A stretch of DNA of 64,000 nt from Octopus sinensis (taxonomy: Eukaryota), in assembly GCF_006345805.1 (NCBI RefSeq), contig NW_021833050.1, positions 28,740-92,739 of the forward strand. Reading direction: 5' to 3'. The notes beneath the pieces are model-generated. The model ran no database searches, was not told the DNA's origin, and saw only the letters and a list, made by a program, of their open reading frames with translations. Within the stretch, counting starts at the first letter, position 1. Every line of letters begins with the position of its first letter. The position numbers and the translations under genes were made by a program. Below, piece after piece: positions 1 through 13,250 of the stretch.

Positions 1-701
1 TGAACGGCAGTTTTTTCTAGCGGTGTCATATGAAATTGTCACCCATAATTATGACCCTAGAATCGATCTATTGCATTTCAATCTGTTTTAGGGTTAGGGG
101 TGGGAGGAAGGGTATCTTTTTTCTTCAGAAATGTAAATAAACTCAATCTGCTTCTTAAACGAGGGACATATTCATACGACACAGAATGTTTTCACCTCAA
201 TAGACGTCATTGATTGTTTGAAATTGCAGAAATTGAAAAAAAAAAAACAACAATAATTATCTTACAAACTATAGAATTTTCTCAATAAAACCAAGAGAAG
301 AAGATGTTTTATAAACACATTCTACCAGTTTACGAAGTTTAAAAGTGTTTAGTTACGTGGAAATAATTTAAAAAACTGCCGTTCAAACCGAAAAGATCCG
401 TTTTTTTCTTCAATTTCTGCAATTTCAAACAATCAATGACGTCTATTGAGGTGAAAACATTCTGTGCCTTATGAATATGTCCCTCGGGATCTTTTCGGTT
501 TGAACGGCAGTTTTTAACATACTTTCCACGTAACTAAACACTTTTAAACTTCGTATACAGTTTTACAGCTATTACACTTGGTAGAATGTGTTTATAAAAC
601 ATCTTTTTCTCTTGGCTTTATTGAGAAAATTCTATAGTTTCTAAGATATGGATCTTTTCGGAAATTATTTTAAAAAACTGCCGTTCAAACCGAAAAGATC
701 C
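1..701. mobile_element. Composite cluster of MITE family E (29-bp TIR GGATCTTTTCGGTTTGAACGGCAGTTTTT)
   Basis: A near-full copy ends GAAAAGATCC at 399, followed by rearranged pieces restarting at TIRs at 487 and 650. Confidence 0.85.
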
Positions 702-926
702 AAATTTTCTGAGAATTCTTAAAAATAAAAAAAGAAAATTATGACGGGTTATGTGGGTGCTTTAAACCAGAATTCCGTCTAGCATAGGAGCCCCTCGATC
801 GGTCGGAAACCCAGACAGTTGTCCTGTATTCCCACGCGTTACCACTTCTCATTATAGGACCAGCAATGATCAGAGCTGACCTAGGGCTATACAATAACCG
901 TGAAAAGCCACATTACTACCACTTCG

Positions 927-934
927 ACTTCCGG
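927..934 (+). promoter_or_regulatory. ETS-type motif ACTTCCGG upstream of PDZD11
   Basis: Lies in a CpG-containing, repeat-free stretch (~740-1060) about 130 nt before the ATG. Motif match only. Confidence 0.35.
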
Positions 935-1060
935 CACTTGACTGTTCTGTTGCTTGTCCCACTTTCCTTATTTATTTTATACTTGTTAACGACGACAAAA
1001 ACCGAGAGGCCATCGTACCCCGAGAGGGACAGGTAAAGATATAGACAGGCAGGTAACGAA

Positions 1061-1150
1061 ATGTCGTCTCCAGAAGTGAGATCCCTGGAGAACATGCGAG
1101 CGCAGTTGCCCCCCTATGAGCTTCCACCGTTCTGGGTGCCACCCGATAAA
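1061..1150 (+). CDS. PDZD11: PDZD11 coding exon 1 (MSSPEVRSLENMRAQLPPYELPPFWVPPDK)
   Basis: ATG at 1061, 30 codons, donor GTAAGA at 1151. LPPYELPPFWVPP resembles the PDZD11 N-terminal LPAYENPPAWIPP motif (recalled from the human protein). The true start/TSS is not verified. Confidence 0.85.
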
Positions 1151-1339
1151 GTAAGAACAACTTCCTTATTAGATGTGTTTTGTCCGTGTTTTGATTACAC
1201 GTAACGATTATTTATGTATGTACATACTCGCGCACCTTGAGTCGCTTTCGTTGCTTCTGCTATAAATATTGATAAAAATATATACACGTGTACTTGTGCG
1301 TGCGTATACATGAGAAGTCTCCCGTCGAAGACGACGCGT

Positions 1340-1507
1340 GTGTGTGTATACACACACACACACACATATATAAATCTGTGTGTGTGTATATATATAATAT
1401 ATATATCTATATATATATATAAATCTATGTGTGGGTACTTATATATATATATGTATATATATATATATGTATATATATGTATATATATGTATAAATATAT
1501 ATAAATC

Positions 1508-1549
<42 letters not shown>

Positions 1550-1732
1550 AATCTATGTATATATATATATATATATATATATAATCTGTATATATATATG
1601 TATATATATATTATATATATATATATATATAAATCTGTATATTATATGTATATATATATTATATATATAAATCTGTATATATATATGTATATATATAATA
1701 TATTATAATATATATATATAAATCTGTATATA

Positions 1733-1775
<43 letters not shown>

Positions 1776-1784
1776 CTGTATATA

Positions 1785-1835
<51 letters not shown>

Positions 1836-1844
1836 CTGTATATA

Positions 1845-1909
<65 letters not shown>

Positions 1910-1912
1910 CTA
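1340..1912. repeat. Compound (AT)n microsatellite punctuated by ATAAATCT(A/G)T
   Basis: More than 10 recurrences of AAATCT separated by variable (AT)n. Similar (AT)n/(GT)n tracts occur at 2490-2910, 53150-53720, 56665-56990, 60850-61025 and 62060-62620. Confidence 0.9.
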
Positions 1913-2545
1913 TGAGCCTCTTAAATCGTTTTGAGCCTCTTAAGTGTTAGTAAATATTGTAGAAATGATTATAAGTTTGCGTCCCGAATATATAAGAGCA
2001 CCTGTCAAGATTTCAGCTTTGTGATAATGTTTACAACTATAATGTCTTTATTAACCATGAGGTTGAGAAAATGAGGGGACGATACGAGGACAGACAAAAC
2101 AAAAGTTGGGGGTCAGGGTATCGAATGAGACGAAACGTATGAATAAACAAACAATTAAAATATATACAATTAAATGAGAATGAGTGATTAACAAAAAAAA
2201 AAATGAAGCGGAGGACGCGGTTGATCCCACAAACCACAAACTCACACTGAATATAAATCTATGTATATATATTTCTTTACTACCCACAAGGGGCTAAACA
2301 CAGAGGGGACAAACAAGGACAGACAAAGGGATTAAGTCGACTACATCGACCCCAGTGCGTAACTGGTACTTAATTTATCGACCCCGAAAGGATGAAAGGC
2401 AAAGTTGGCCTCGGCGGAATTTGAACTCGGAATGTAACGACAGACGAAATACGGCTACGAATTTCGCCCGGCGTGCTAACGTTTCTACCATGTATATATC
2501 TATATATAAATCTATGTATATATATATATATACATATGTACACTG

Positions 2546-2605
<60 letters not shown>

Positions 2606-2798
2606 ATATGTATGTATATATATATGTATATGTATGTATATATATATGTGTATATGTATGTATATATATGTGTATATGTATGTATATATATATGTATATG
2701 TATGTATATATATGTGTATATGTATGTATATATATATGTATATGTATGTATATATATATGTATATGTATGTATATATATGTAAATATATATATATATG

Positions 2799-2829
<31 letters not shown>

Positions 2830-3191
2830 GTATATATATGTGTATATATATATATATATGTGTATATATATGTGTATATATATATATATATATATAAATA
2901 TATGTATGTATATATACCAGAGTAAACACATAAATGTGAAACAAGGTGGAAAAAATACCAGTGGTAGAGTAATATGCTTTATTTAAAGTATATATATATA
3001 TAAAGCTATGTGTGTGTGTGTGTATATATATTACTTTTTTATGTACATTCCTTTATGTACACTGTTTTGTTCTATTTTTTTAATGTTTAACTCTATAGTC
3101 TCTTATGTGGTGGTTTAATAAAGTATGTGATTGAGTATTATTATCTGGTAATTGATATTTGATTTAGATGTATTTCTCCGTTTTCTTATCT

Positions 3192-3257
<66 letters not shown>

Positions 3258-3713
3258 ATATATATAAAGCTATGTGTGTGTGTATATATATATATATATA
3301 ATTCTATGTATGTTTGAAACTTTGATCTGGGATAGGGTATCCCACAAAATAACCTGATCAGTCCAGAGGAAGTTGCAGCTTTCGTCTGATACGATTGTTT
3401 CAAGCCACGTAGATCAACAGCGAAACTGGACAGTCAGTCGACGGGTGGTCATGAACGGAAAGTCAGAAATGTTATTGATAACGAAGAAGCACAAGGAAAC
3501 GGCAATCGTCTATGAAGATGGAGCAATGACAATGTTTGTGTGTGTGTGCTCTAGGCGCGCCCCTTATTATGTTAACATTATCCGTGATTATAATAAACAA
3601 CTTCCCATATCTTTGTGTGAGTGCGTGTTTTATTGAGGAAGCTAAAAGCTTCTAATTTCGCGTTTTGAGCCTCTTAAATGTTAGTATATATTGTAGAAAT
3701 GATTATAAGTTTG

Positions 3714-4648
3714 GGATCTTTTCCTTTTGAACGGCAGTTTTTAACATAATTTCTTGGTAACTAAACACTTTTAAACTTCGTATACTGGTAGAATGTGTTT
3801 ATAAAACATCTTTTTCTCTTGGCTTTATTGAGAAAATTCTATAGTTTGTAAGATATTTGTTGTTTTTTTCTTCAATTTCTGCAATTTCAACCAATCAGTG
3901 ACGTCTATTGAGGTAAGAAAACATTCTGTGCCGTATGAATATGTCCCTCGGGATCTTTTCGGTTTGAACGGCAGTTTTTTAAAATAATTTCCACGTAACT
4001 AAACACTTTTAAACTTCGTATACTGGTAGAATGTGTTTATAAAACATCTTTTTCTCTTGGCTTTATTGAGAAAATTCTATAGTTTGTAAGATATGGATCT
4101 TTTCGGTTTGAACAGCAGTTTTTAGCATAATTTCTAGGTAACTAAACAATTTTAAACTTTGTATACTGGTAGAATGTGTTTATAAAACATCTTTTTCTCT
4201 TGGCTTTATTGAGAAAATTCTATAGTTTGCAAGATATGGATCTTTTCGGTTTGAACGGCAGTTTTTAACATAATTTCTAGGTAACTAAACACTTTTAAAC
4301 TTCGTATACTGGTAGAATGTGTTTATAAAACATCTTTTTCTCTTGGCTTTATTGAGAAAATTCTATCGTTTGTAAAATATTTGTTGTTGTTTTCTTCAAT
4401 TTCTGCAATTTCAACCAATCAATGACGTCTATTGAGGTGAAAACATTCTGTGCCGTATGAGTATGTCCCTCTTTTAAGAAATAGATTGGGTTTATTTACA
4501 TTTGTGAAGAAAAAAAAGATACCCTTCCCCCTAACCCTAACCCTAAAATAGATTGAAATGCAATAGATCGATACTAGGGTCATAATTATGTGTGACAATT
4601 TCATATGACACAGCTAGAAAAATACTGCCGTTCAAACCGAAAAGATCC
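3714..4648. mobile_element. Composite MITE family E in PDZD11 intron 1
   Basis: TIR starts at 3714, 3951, 4095 and 4238; a single closing TIR ends at 4648. Confidence 0.9.
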
Positions 4649-5724
4649 CATTATCCGTGATTATAATAAACAACTTCCATATGTTTGTGTAAGTGCGTGT
4701 TTTATTGAGAAAGTTAAAAGCTTCTAATTTCGCGTTTTGAGCCTCTTAAGTGTTAGTAAATATTGTAGAAATGATTATAAGTTTGCGTCCCGAATATATA
4801 TGACACCTGTCAAGTTTTCAGCTTCGGTTACGACGACGAGGGTTCCGGTTGATCCGAATCAACGGAACAGCCTGCTCGTGAAATTAACGTGTAAGTGGCT
4901 GAGCACTCCACAGACACGTGTACCCTTAACGTAGTTCTCGGGGATATTCAACGTGACACAGAGAGTGACAAGGCCGGTCCCTTGAAATACAGGTACAACA
5001 GAAACAGGAAGTAAGAGTGAGAGAAAGTTGTGGTGAAAGAGTACAGCAGGGATCACCACCATCCCCTGCCGGAGCCTCGTGGAGCTTTTAGGTGTTTTCG
5101 CTCAATAAACACTCACAACGCCCAGTCAGGATTTCGAAACCGCGATCCTATGACCGCGAGTCCGCTGCCCTAACCACTGGGCCATTGCCCTCAGCTTAGT
5201 AAATAATGTTTACAACAGTAGCACTGCTTTTAGCTCCTAATTTAATTAAGGTGGTGTGCTGGCAGAATCGTTATCGCATTAGCTTAGCGGCCGGCCGTTC
5301 CTCCCGATTTTACGTTCTTAGTTCAAATGCCGCTGGGGTCGATTTTTGCCTTTTGGAGTCGATAAAGTAAGTACCAGCTGAGTATTGGGGGTCAATATAA
5401 TCGACTTAATTCCTCCCACCAAATTGCTGAGTCACTGTGCCATGGATTAATCTAATCCTGTGGTACTGTATATATATATATATATATCTATCTACAAAAT
5501 TAGAGAATGGAGAATTTCTCCATTCTCTAATTTTGTAGTATTAATTTACGGTAATATTATTACCTTTACCCATATAATGCAATAGATGAACTGATTGTTT
5601 GACAATTTTTAACATCTATGTATTAATTTTGTTGGGTACCTATCTAGCAGTATATTGGATATATATTATCCCATGGTGGGTTGAATTTTCAACCCCTATC
5701 TCATTTTATAACCATATATATCTA

Positions 5725-6223
5725 TCTATATATATAAAACTGTAGTTGTGTGAGTGTCTGTCCCCTTCGATTTAGATTCCTAACTACTCCCACATTTTGC
5801 GGTGCAGTTTAACCAAATTCGGGTATCTTATAGTCGTGATTCATATCGAGCCCGTCTGAGTATTAGCGTGCGTCTACGATGAGTCTACGATTTTAAAAAT
5901 AATTTAACATCATTTTTTATTCCATTTTAATGCATAATTTTTCGTGTGTCGATGGCGGCGGAGTTGGCGTCCACGCTCAAACACCTGCACCTGTGTTTGC
6001 TTCTCCCCCTTCTTCCCTCCCTCGTGAAGCTGTGGGGAAGGGAGGAGTGTAAGGAATCAACGTCGTAAAGCGTTGTCAAGGAGACCAGCGTTCTTTTAGA
6101 ACAACGACACCAAAACAGAAATGGCTAAGAAAGCCCGAATATTTATAAGGGAAGTAACTCTGTAAAAATGCTTATATAGTTATTTCCCTTACAAACCCGA
6201 GCAACGCCGGGCGATACTGCTAG
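5725..6223 (+). mobile_element. Non-autonomous Helitron
   Basis: A|TC 5' end, subterminal hairpin CCCGAGCAACGCCGGG, CTAG|T 3' end, no TSD. Confidence 0.8.
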
Positions 6224-7256
6224 TATATATATATAAGGGTAGCAAAAAATTCTAGAAAAAAAAATTCTCCGCTACCAGCGGTCTAGTGAGAAAGAAAAGA
6301 TAGTCAAAGACTATATAATATACATTCAACAATATAAGGAATGGCCCTGATAGGCCACTCGACTCACTAGAAAGAGCAGCCAAACTCAAACCGCTAAATA
6401 GTTGTAATTCTGAAATTGCTGCTCTTTCTATTGAGTCGAATGGCCTATTAGGGCCATTCCTTATATTGTTGAATATATATATACCAATTAAGGACTAAGA
6501 TTTGAGAACATAATCTTTTGTGGAGAATTGCGATTTGACGTCTATATCTAGCATGTTGACTGTCCACTTTTCGTGTTCAGTCCTTAATTGGTATATAAAT
6601 ATTTAATCTTCGGATTCTTTTTTTTAATATGCTAAGACCACTGGTTTTAATTGATAAAATATGATTTCTACCCTTAATTAATTATATATATATATATATA
6701 ATATATATAAATTTCTTTATTGCCCACAAGGGGCTAAACACAGAGGGGACAAACAAGAATAGACAAAGGGTTTAAGTTGATTACATCGATCCCAGTGCGA
6801 AACTGGTACTTTATTTATCGACCCCGAAAGGATGAAAGGCAAAGTCGACCTCGGCGGAATTTGAACTCGGAACGTAACGGCAGACGAAATACGGCCACGC
6901 ATTTCGGCCGGCGTGCTAACGTTTCTGCCAGCTCGATGGCGATCCTTCGGTATCAGTACACACGTGACTTTGTTTACATTTCTGAAGATAAGAGAAACCC
7001 TTTTCTCCCCCCCCCCTAACCCTAGCCCCCTCCCCATATATAAAAAAAAACCCCACTTTCTTGAAATGTATCCAGTACTTCCGGTACTTATACCGAAATT
7101 ACGCTATATATATATATACTTATTTTCGATACTAACAGTTGTTATTAACTCTCTGGCTGTCTAATAGTATTAATCATCGTTATATATCTGTCAACATATA
7201 TATGTGTGTATGTGTATTCGTACTTGCATACGTACGTTGATATAACTTTTTTGTAT

Positions 7257-7288
<32 letters not shown>

Positions 7289-7713
7289 TTAACGTCCGTT
7301 TTCCATGCTGGCATGGGTTGGACGGTTTGACTGAAAAACAGTTAAGCTGGGGTGCTTGCACTGAGCTTCAATCTGATTTGGCATGGTTTTTACAACTGGA
7401 TGCCCTTCCTAATGCCAACCACTCCAAGAGTGTAGTGAGTGCTTTTTATGTGGCATATATATATATAGAAATCTTCTGAAAATAAACACAACGATAACTC
7501 CATGCAATATAAACATAACGTCACAAGAAATTTGAAAAGCTACACGCGAAACCGGTATTTCTTTTAATTTATGTCATTATAAGGGAAAAGAATTTTTTAA
7601 AAAATTTTCTAATATTCTTCAGACATATGACGCAAATATATATATTTTTTAACATTCAAGCCTTCTGTCGTTTTTTCACTCTACTATTTCTATATTATAT
7701 TATATATATATAT

Positions 7714-7744
<31 letters not shown>

Positions 7745-8504
7745 ACATATATATATATACATTATATAATATATATATATATATATCATCATCATGATCG
7801 TTTAACGTCCGTTTTTCATCCTAGTATGGGTTGGACAGTTCGACTGGGGATCAGGGAAGCCAGAAGGCTGCATCAGGCTCCAGTCTGATCTGGCAGTGTT
7901 TCTACAACTGGATGCCCTTCCCAACGCCAACCACTCCGTGAGTGTAGTGGGTGCTCTTTATGTGCCACCGGCACAGGTGCTAGGCGATGCTGGCAATGGC
8001 CATGATCGGATTGGTGCTTTTTACGTGCCACCTGCACGGAAGCCAGTCAAGGCGGCGCTGGCATCGGCCACGTTCGGATGGTGCTTGGCCGATGCCAGCA
8101 CCATATATATATATATATATATGCAATTTAACATAAAATATAAATTACTAAGTAGACAAGAACACAAGGAGACGACACAAAAAAACAACAGGTCACTCGA
8201 AGCCTCTGATCCTCAGTCGGGAACCGGATCATCTTAGTGATTTCGGCTGTTTAATCTCGATATCACTCCGAAACGGCCAGCCCCAAGGACACTCCAAGCC
8301 ACAGGCATTGGACTCCCTGGCCAGAGGGCCGAATGTACACGGAACAAGGACAGGATGCCACACGAATGTAAAAATATATATGCTCAAGGTGCCATGCAGT
8401 TGGATTGAACCTGAAGCCATGTGCTTGGAAAATAAACTTTGTAACACACAGCCACGTGCACCTTCTCTATTTCTATTTTTCTTTGTTTTTTACTTTTATT
8501 ACAG

Positions 8505-8591
8505 CGTCCAAACCACCCTGATTACGACAACGATCTTCAGAAGTTCTTACCCAGAAATATCCATATAACGCGTAGCAATGCATCTGAACAG
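8505..8591 (+). CDS. PDZD11: PDZD11 coding exon 2 (RPNHPDYDNDLQKFLPRNIHITRSNASEQ)
   Basis: Polypyrimidine tract plus ACAG acceptor at 8501-8504; 87 nt in phase 0; donor GTCAGT at 8592. Matches HHPDYNNELTQFLPR of PDZD11. Confidence 0.93.
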
Positions 8592-9572
8592 GTCAGTCAA
8601 ATCTAAACTCTATTTTACCCCGCCACATGTACCCCACCATACCTCACAAGGTTTAGGATCTGAGCCCCTACCCTCGTTTAGGACTGGAACTCACTGAATG
8701 GTCACTTACCATTCCTCATCATCCTTCAGCGACCCTTTTCCATGCCGGCATGGGTTGGACAGTTTGACCAGGGCTGGCAAGTTTGGGAGCTGCACCTGGT
8801 TCCAGTCTGATTTGGCATGGTTTCAATGGCCGGATGCCCTTCCTAATGCCAACCACGCTGAGAGTGTTGTGGGTGATTTTAACATGGCACCAACGCAGGG
8901 CTCTTGCAGGTGCCTCGTAATATTTGCCAGTATAAAAGATGCTCATTTGCATAGGACAGACCCTTCCATTTTTGTGGAGAAAAAAAATTTAATGTTAGGG
9001 TAATTTCCATCCAGGAGTTTACCTTTCCAGTTGTCTTCAATATTATTCATGCAAGCCTTCTTTGCCTTTTCTTTGTTGATTTTTTTTTGGGGGGGGGGGG
9101 GTTTCCATCAGTGATAGGTTTGTCACCATTTGGTCTTTCTGATCATTAATTTCTAAATCAGGAGAAGCAATGGTAGGTCTGCTAGTATTTGCATGTCTTT
9201 GGTCATTCCTATTGTTAACATCATCATCATCATCGTTTAACGTCCGCTTTCCATGCTAGCATGGGTTGGACGATTTTGACTGAGGGCTGGCAAACCAGAT
9301 GGCTGCACCAGGCTCCAATCTTGATCTGGCAGAGTTTCTACAGCTGGATGCCCTTCCTAATGCCAACCACTCCGAGAGTGTAGTGGGTGCCATTTACGTG
9401 GCACCGGCACAGGGACCAGACGAGGCTGGCAAACGGCCACGGTCGGATGGTGCTTTTTACATGCCACCGACACATGGACAGTCAGGCTTCACTGGCAACG
9501 ACCTTGCTCGGATCGTTTTACACATGCCAGTGAATCGACGTTGGTAATGATCACACTCGATAATTATTATTA

Positions 9573-9605
<33 letters not shown>

Positions 9606-9661
9606 GTAGTAGTAGTAGTAGTGGCAGTAACAGTAACATGTTTCCTTTATATTATTTTCAG

Positions 9662-9718
9662 CTGGGATTCAACATCAGAGGTGGCAAAGAGCATCACTAT
9701 GGTATTTTTGTATCAAAG
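9662..9718 (+). CDS. PDZD11: PDZD11 coding exon 3 (LGFNIRGGKEHHYGIFVSK), PDZ carboxylate-binding loop
   Basis: TTTTCAG acceptor, 57 nt, donor GTAATT at 9719. LGFNIRGG is the PDZ GLGF-type loop as in PDZD11. Confidence 0.95.
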
Positions 9719-9804
9719 GTAATTCAAGCATTGCTTATTCAGCCACATTTATAGATATATATATAGTAAATGAAAAGAATGCATTGTAAACAAACAACAA
9801 CATC

Positions 9805-10230
9805 ATCATCATCATCATCGTTTAACGTCCGCTTTCCATGCTAGCATGGGTTGGATGTGTCAACTGGGGTCTGGGAAGCCAGAAGGCTGCAGCAGGCCCA
9901 GTCTGATCTGGCAATGTTTCTACGGCTGGATGCCCTTCCTAACGCCAACCACTCCATGAGTGAAGTGGGTGCTTTTTACGTGCCACCGGCACGGGGGCCA
10001 GACGAGGCTGGCAAACGGCCACGATCGGATGGTGCTTTTTATGTGCCACTGGCACGGAGGCCAGGTGAGGCTGGCAACAGCCACGAACGGATGGTGCTTT
10101 TTACGTGCCACCGGCACCGGTGCCAGATGAGGCTGGCAAACGGCCACGATCGGATGGTGCTTTTTACGTGCCACCGGCACGGGGTCCAGGTGAGGCTGGC
10201 AAACGGCCACAATCGGATGGTGCTTTTTAT
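9805..10230 (-). mobile_element. Family D: RTE 3'-UTR copy with ~63-bp internal repeats and (GAT)n tail
   Basis: Hallmark GGCGTTAGGAAGGGCATCCAGC...GCGGACGTTAAACGATGATGAT. Other copies (approximate): 7260-7455, 7787-8100, 8720-8895, 9220-9545, 14125-14401, 23760-24195, 25160-25656, 33958-34300, 35775-36130, 49845-50198, 58878-59385. Confidence 0.85.
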
Positions 10231-11909
10231 GATTGATAAAAAACATATACATATACTGAGTGTACAACTGGACGGGAGACAGACACAGAAGGTGCCTAAA
10301 TCTTCATCAGTTATCAACCAAATTGGTAATACTCAGTTTCGCACAACTGATGAAGAATTAGGGTCCTTTTGTGTCTGTCTCCCATCTGGTTGTACATTCA
10401 GTGTACATGTATGTTTTTTTATCTGTTGTTTATATACATTTATTAAGTAATGGTATGCGACACACACCCAATTTATATATTGCTGAGAGCCCCCTTTGGT
10501 CACGACTGACCATGGGATTGCACCTAGAAAGTTACCCTCCCAGGCACAAGTCTGGGCAAGGTTGTTTATGGAAGACCAGCAGTCGCCCATGCATACGGCC
10601 TCCCCTCTCCACACCACCAGTGTTATCCAAGGGAAAGGCAAAGGCCATATTCAAGGAAAAGGCAAAGGGGCCAATAAAGCTTGGCACCTGTGCCTTTAGT
10701 AGAAAGAATTATTATTATCGTTATTAGGGCAGTGAGCTGGCGTTTCATCCATCTTTACATTCCGAGTTCAAATTCCGACAAGGTCAGTTTTACCTTTCCT
10801 CCTTTTGGGGTTGATAAAATAAGTACCTGTTGAGCAATGGGGTCAATCTAATTGCCCCCTTCTCCAAAATTTCTGGCCTTGTGCCAAAAGGAAAACAAAG
10901 CAGTGAGCTGGTAGAATTGTTAGTATAGGTGCATGGTAAGTATCTTGCTTACCAACCACATGGTTCTGGGTTCAGTCCCACTGCGTGGCACCTTGGGCAA
11001 GTGTCTTCTGCTATAGCCCCAGGCCGACCAATGCCTTGTGAGTGGATTTGGTTGATGGAAACTGAAACCAACCACATGGTTCTGGGTTCAGTCCCACTGC
11101 GTGGCATCTTGGGCAAGTGTCTTCTGCTATAGCCCTGGGCCGACCAATGCCTTGTGAGTGGATTTGGTTGATGGAAACTGAAAGAAGCCTGTCGTATATA
11201 TGTATATATATATGTATATGTGTGTGTGTATATGTTTTTGCGTCTGTGTTTGTCCCCCTCTGCATTGCTTGACAACCGATGCTGGTGTGTTTAGTCCCCG
11301 TCACTTAGCGGTTCAGCAAAAGAGACCGATAGAATAAGTACTGGGCTTACAAAGAATAAGTCCCGGGGTCGATTTGCTCGACTAAAGGCGGTGCTCCAGC
11401 ATGGCCGCAGTCAAATGACTGAAGCAAGAAAAAAGAGTATGCCAGGTAAAATGCTTAGCAGCATTTCATTTATCTCTACATTCTGAGTTCAAATCCTGCC
11501 CAGGTCACCTTTGCCTTTCATTCTTTCAGGGTTGATAAAATAAGTACCAGCTATACATTGGGGTTTGATGAAATCTATTTATTCCCTCCCCGAAAATTGT
11601 TGGCCTTGTGCCAGAATTTGAAACCACTATTATCCATTTCTTTATTACCCACAAGGGGCTAAACACAGAGGGGACAAACAAGGACAGACAAAGGTATTAA
11701 GTCGATTACATCGACCCCAGTGCGTAACTGGTACTTAATTTATCGACCCCGAAAGGATGAAAGGCAAAGTCGACCTCGGCGGAATTTGAACTCAGAACAT
11801 AGCGGCAGACGAAATACGGCCACGCATTTCGCCCGGCGTGCTAACCATTCTGCCAGCTCTCATCATCATCATCATCATTCTCATCATTGGTTTTTCTTTG
11901 TCCAATCAG

Positions 11910-11960
11910 GTGATGCCTGACAGTGAACCAGACAAAATGGGTTTGACCAAAGGAGATCAG
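11910..11960 (+). CDS. PDZD11: PDZD11 coding exon 4 (VMPDSEPDKMGLTKGDQ)
   Basis: TTTTTCTTTGTCCAATCAG acceptor, 51 nt, donor GTAAAT at 11961. Corresponds to the PDZ 'PDS.A...GL..GDQ' segment. Confidence 0.93.
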
Positions 11961-12120
11961 GTAAATTCACTCTCCCTTTGTCAGTCTGTATATATCTCTA
12001 CTCCATACCCCGTCTCTCTCTCTCTCTCTCTCTTTCTTTCTTCCTGCATCCTATCTCTCCACTTCACTCTGTTCTCTTCTTTCTCATTCTCCACTGTTTC
12101 CCTCCCTCTCTCACTTCCCT

Positions 12121-12958
12121 ATCATCATCATCATTGTTCGACCGTGGTCGAGACAATGGAATTTACCATGCTACGCCAGACTTCACGGTCCATCATGGCA
12201 TTACGGAGGTCCTGTTGCTGGATGCCTGTATCCCTAGAGATTACATCAGGGTAGGAGAGTGTGCGCCCTCTGGTATTGCGAGTAGATGGCTTCCAGAGGA
12301 GAAGAGTAGAAATTGCCTCTTTGTCAGCTCTACAACAATGTCCAGCAAACTGGACTCTCCTACCTTTCACAAGAGATGATATGTATGTATGTATGTATGT
12401 ATATATATATATATATCATCATTGTTCGACCGTGGTTGAGACAATGGAATTTACCATGCTACGCCAGACTTCACGGTCCATCATGGCATTACGGAGGTCC
12501 TGTTGCTGGATGCCTGTATCCCTGGAGATTACATCAGGGTAGGAGAGTGTGCGCCCTCTGGTATCGCGAGTAGATGGCTTTCAGAGGAGAAGAGTAGAAA
12601 TTACCTCTTTTTCAGCTCTACAACAATGTCCAGCAAACTGGACTCTTCTACCTTTCACAAGAGATATGTATGTATGTATATATATATATGTATGTATGTA
12701 TATATATATCATCATCATCATTGTTTGATTGTGGTTGAGACAATGGAATTTACCATGCTACGACAGACTTCATGGTCCATCATGGCTTTACGGAGGTCCT
12801 GTTGCTGGATGCCTGTATCCCTGGAGATTACATCAGGGTAGGAGAGTGTGCGCCCTCTGGTATTGCGAGCAGATGGCTTCCAGAGGAGAAGAGTAGAAAT
12901 TGCCTCTTTGTCAGCTCTACAACAATGTCCAGCAAACTGGACTCTCCTACCTTTCACT
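12121..12958 (-). mobile_element. Three tandem copies of an RTE-type LINE 3' end
   Basis: Each encodes ...RRVQFAGHCCR...WRSMV... followed by a (TGA)n tail. All three share the same 5' truncation point, with a period of ~290-300 bp. Confidence 0.85.
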
Positions 12959-13250
12959 TCCTCCTCTTATTCTAATCCCCTTCTCTCTCTCTCAATAATA
13001 GGAAATACTCCAAGAGAGCTCTCTACATATTAGACATGCTTCCAGTAGGAACTCATGTACATAAATGTTGGGAGTTAAGATTGTTTGGTGTCAATTAAAA
13101 TTCTCTATGCAATTAGTCAACAAAACCTCCCGGCTATTCCCCTCTCTACCATTGTTCATAATTATTATCAACATCCACTGCTTGTAATGCAGCAAGTTCT
13201 GAGATGTGCAAAGGTAAGCAAAACATACATGTGCATACATACATACATAT

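Noticed and set aside
1310-3403. Many Tyr/Ile/Met/Val-rich ORFs (also at 52.6-57 kb and 60.7-63 kb)
   Set aside because: They are translations of (AT)n/(GT)n microsatellites, which lack stop codons.
4528-4546. (CCCTAA)n telomere-like repeats (also ~32212-32227)
   Set aside because: Only 2-3 units, and a fixed internal part of MITE family E; not an interstitial telomere.
9851-10450. 199-aa ORF and similar ORFs with repeated MVLFTCHRH motifs
   Set aside because: They are translations of the ~63-bp internal repeats of the RTE 3' UTR family.
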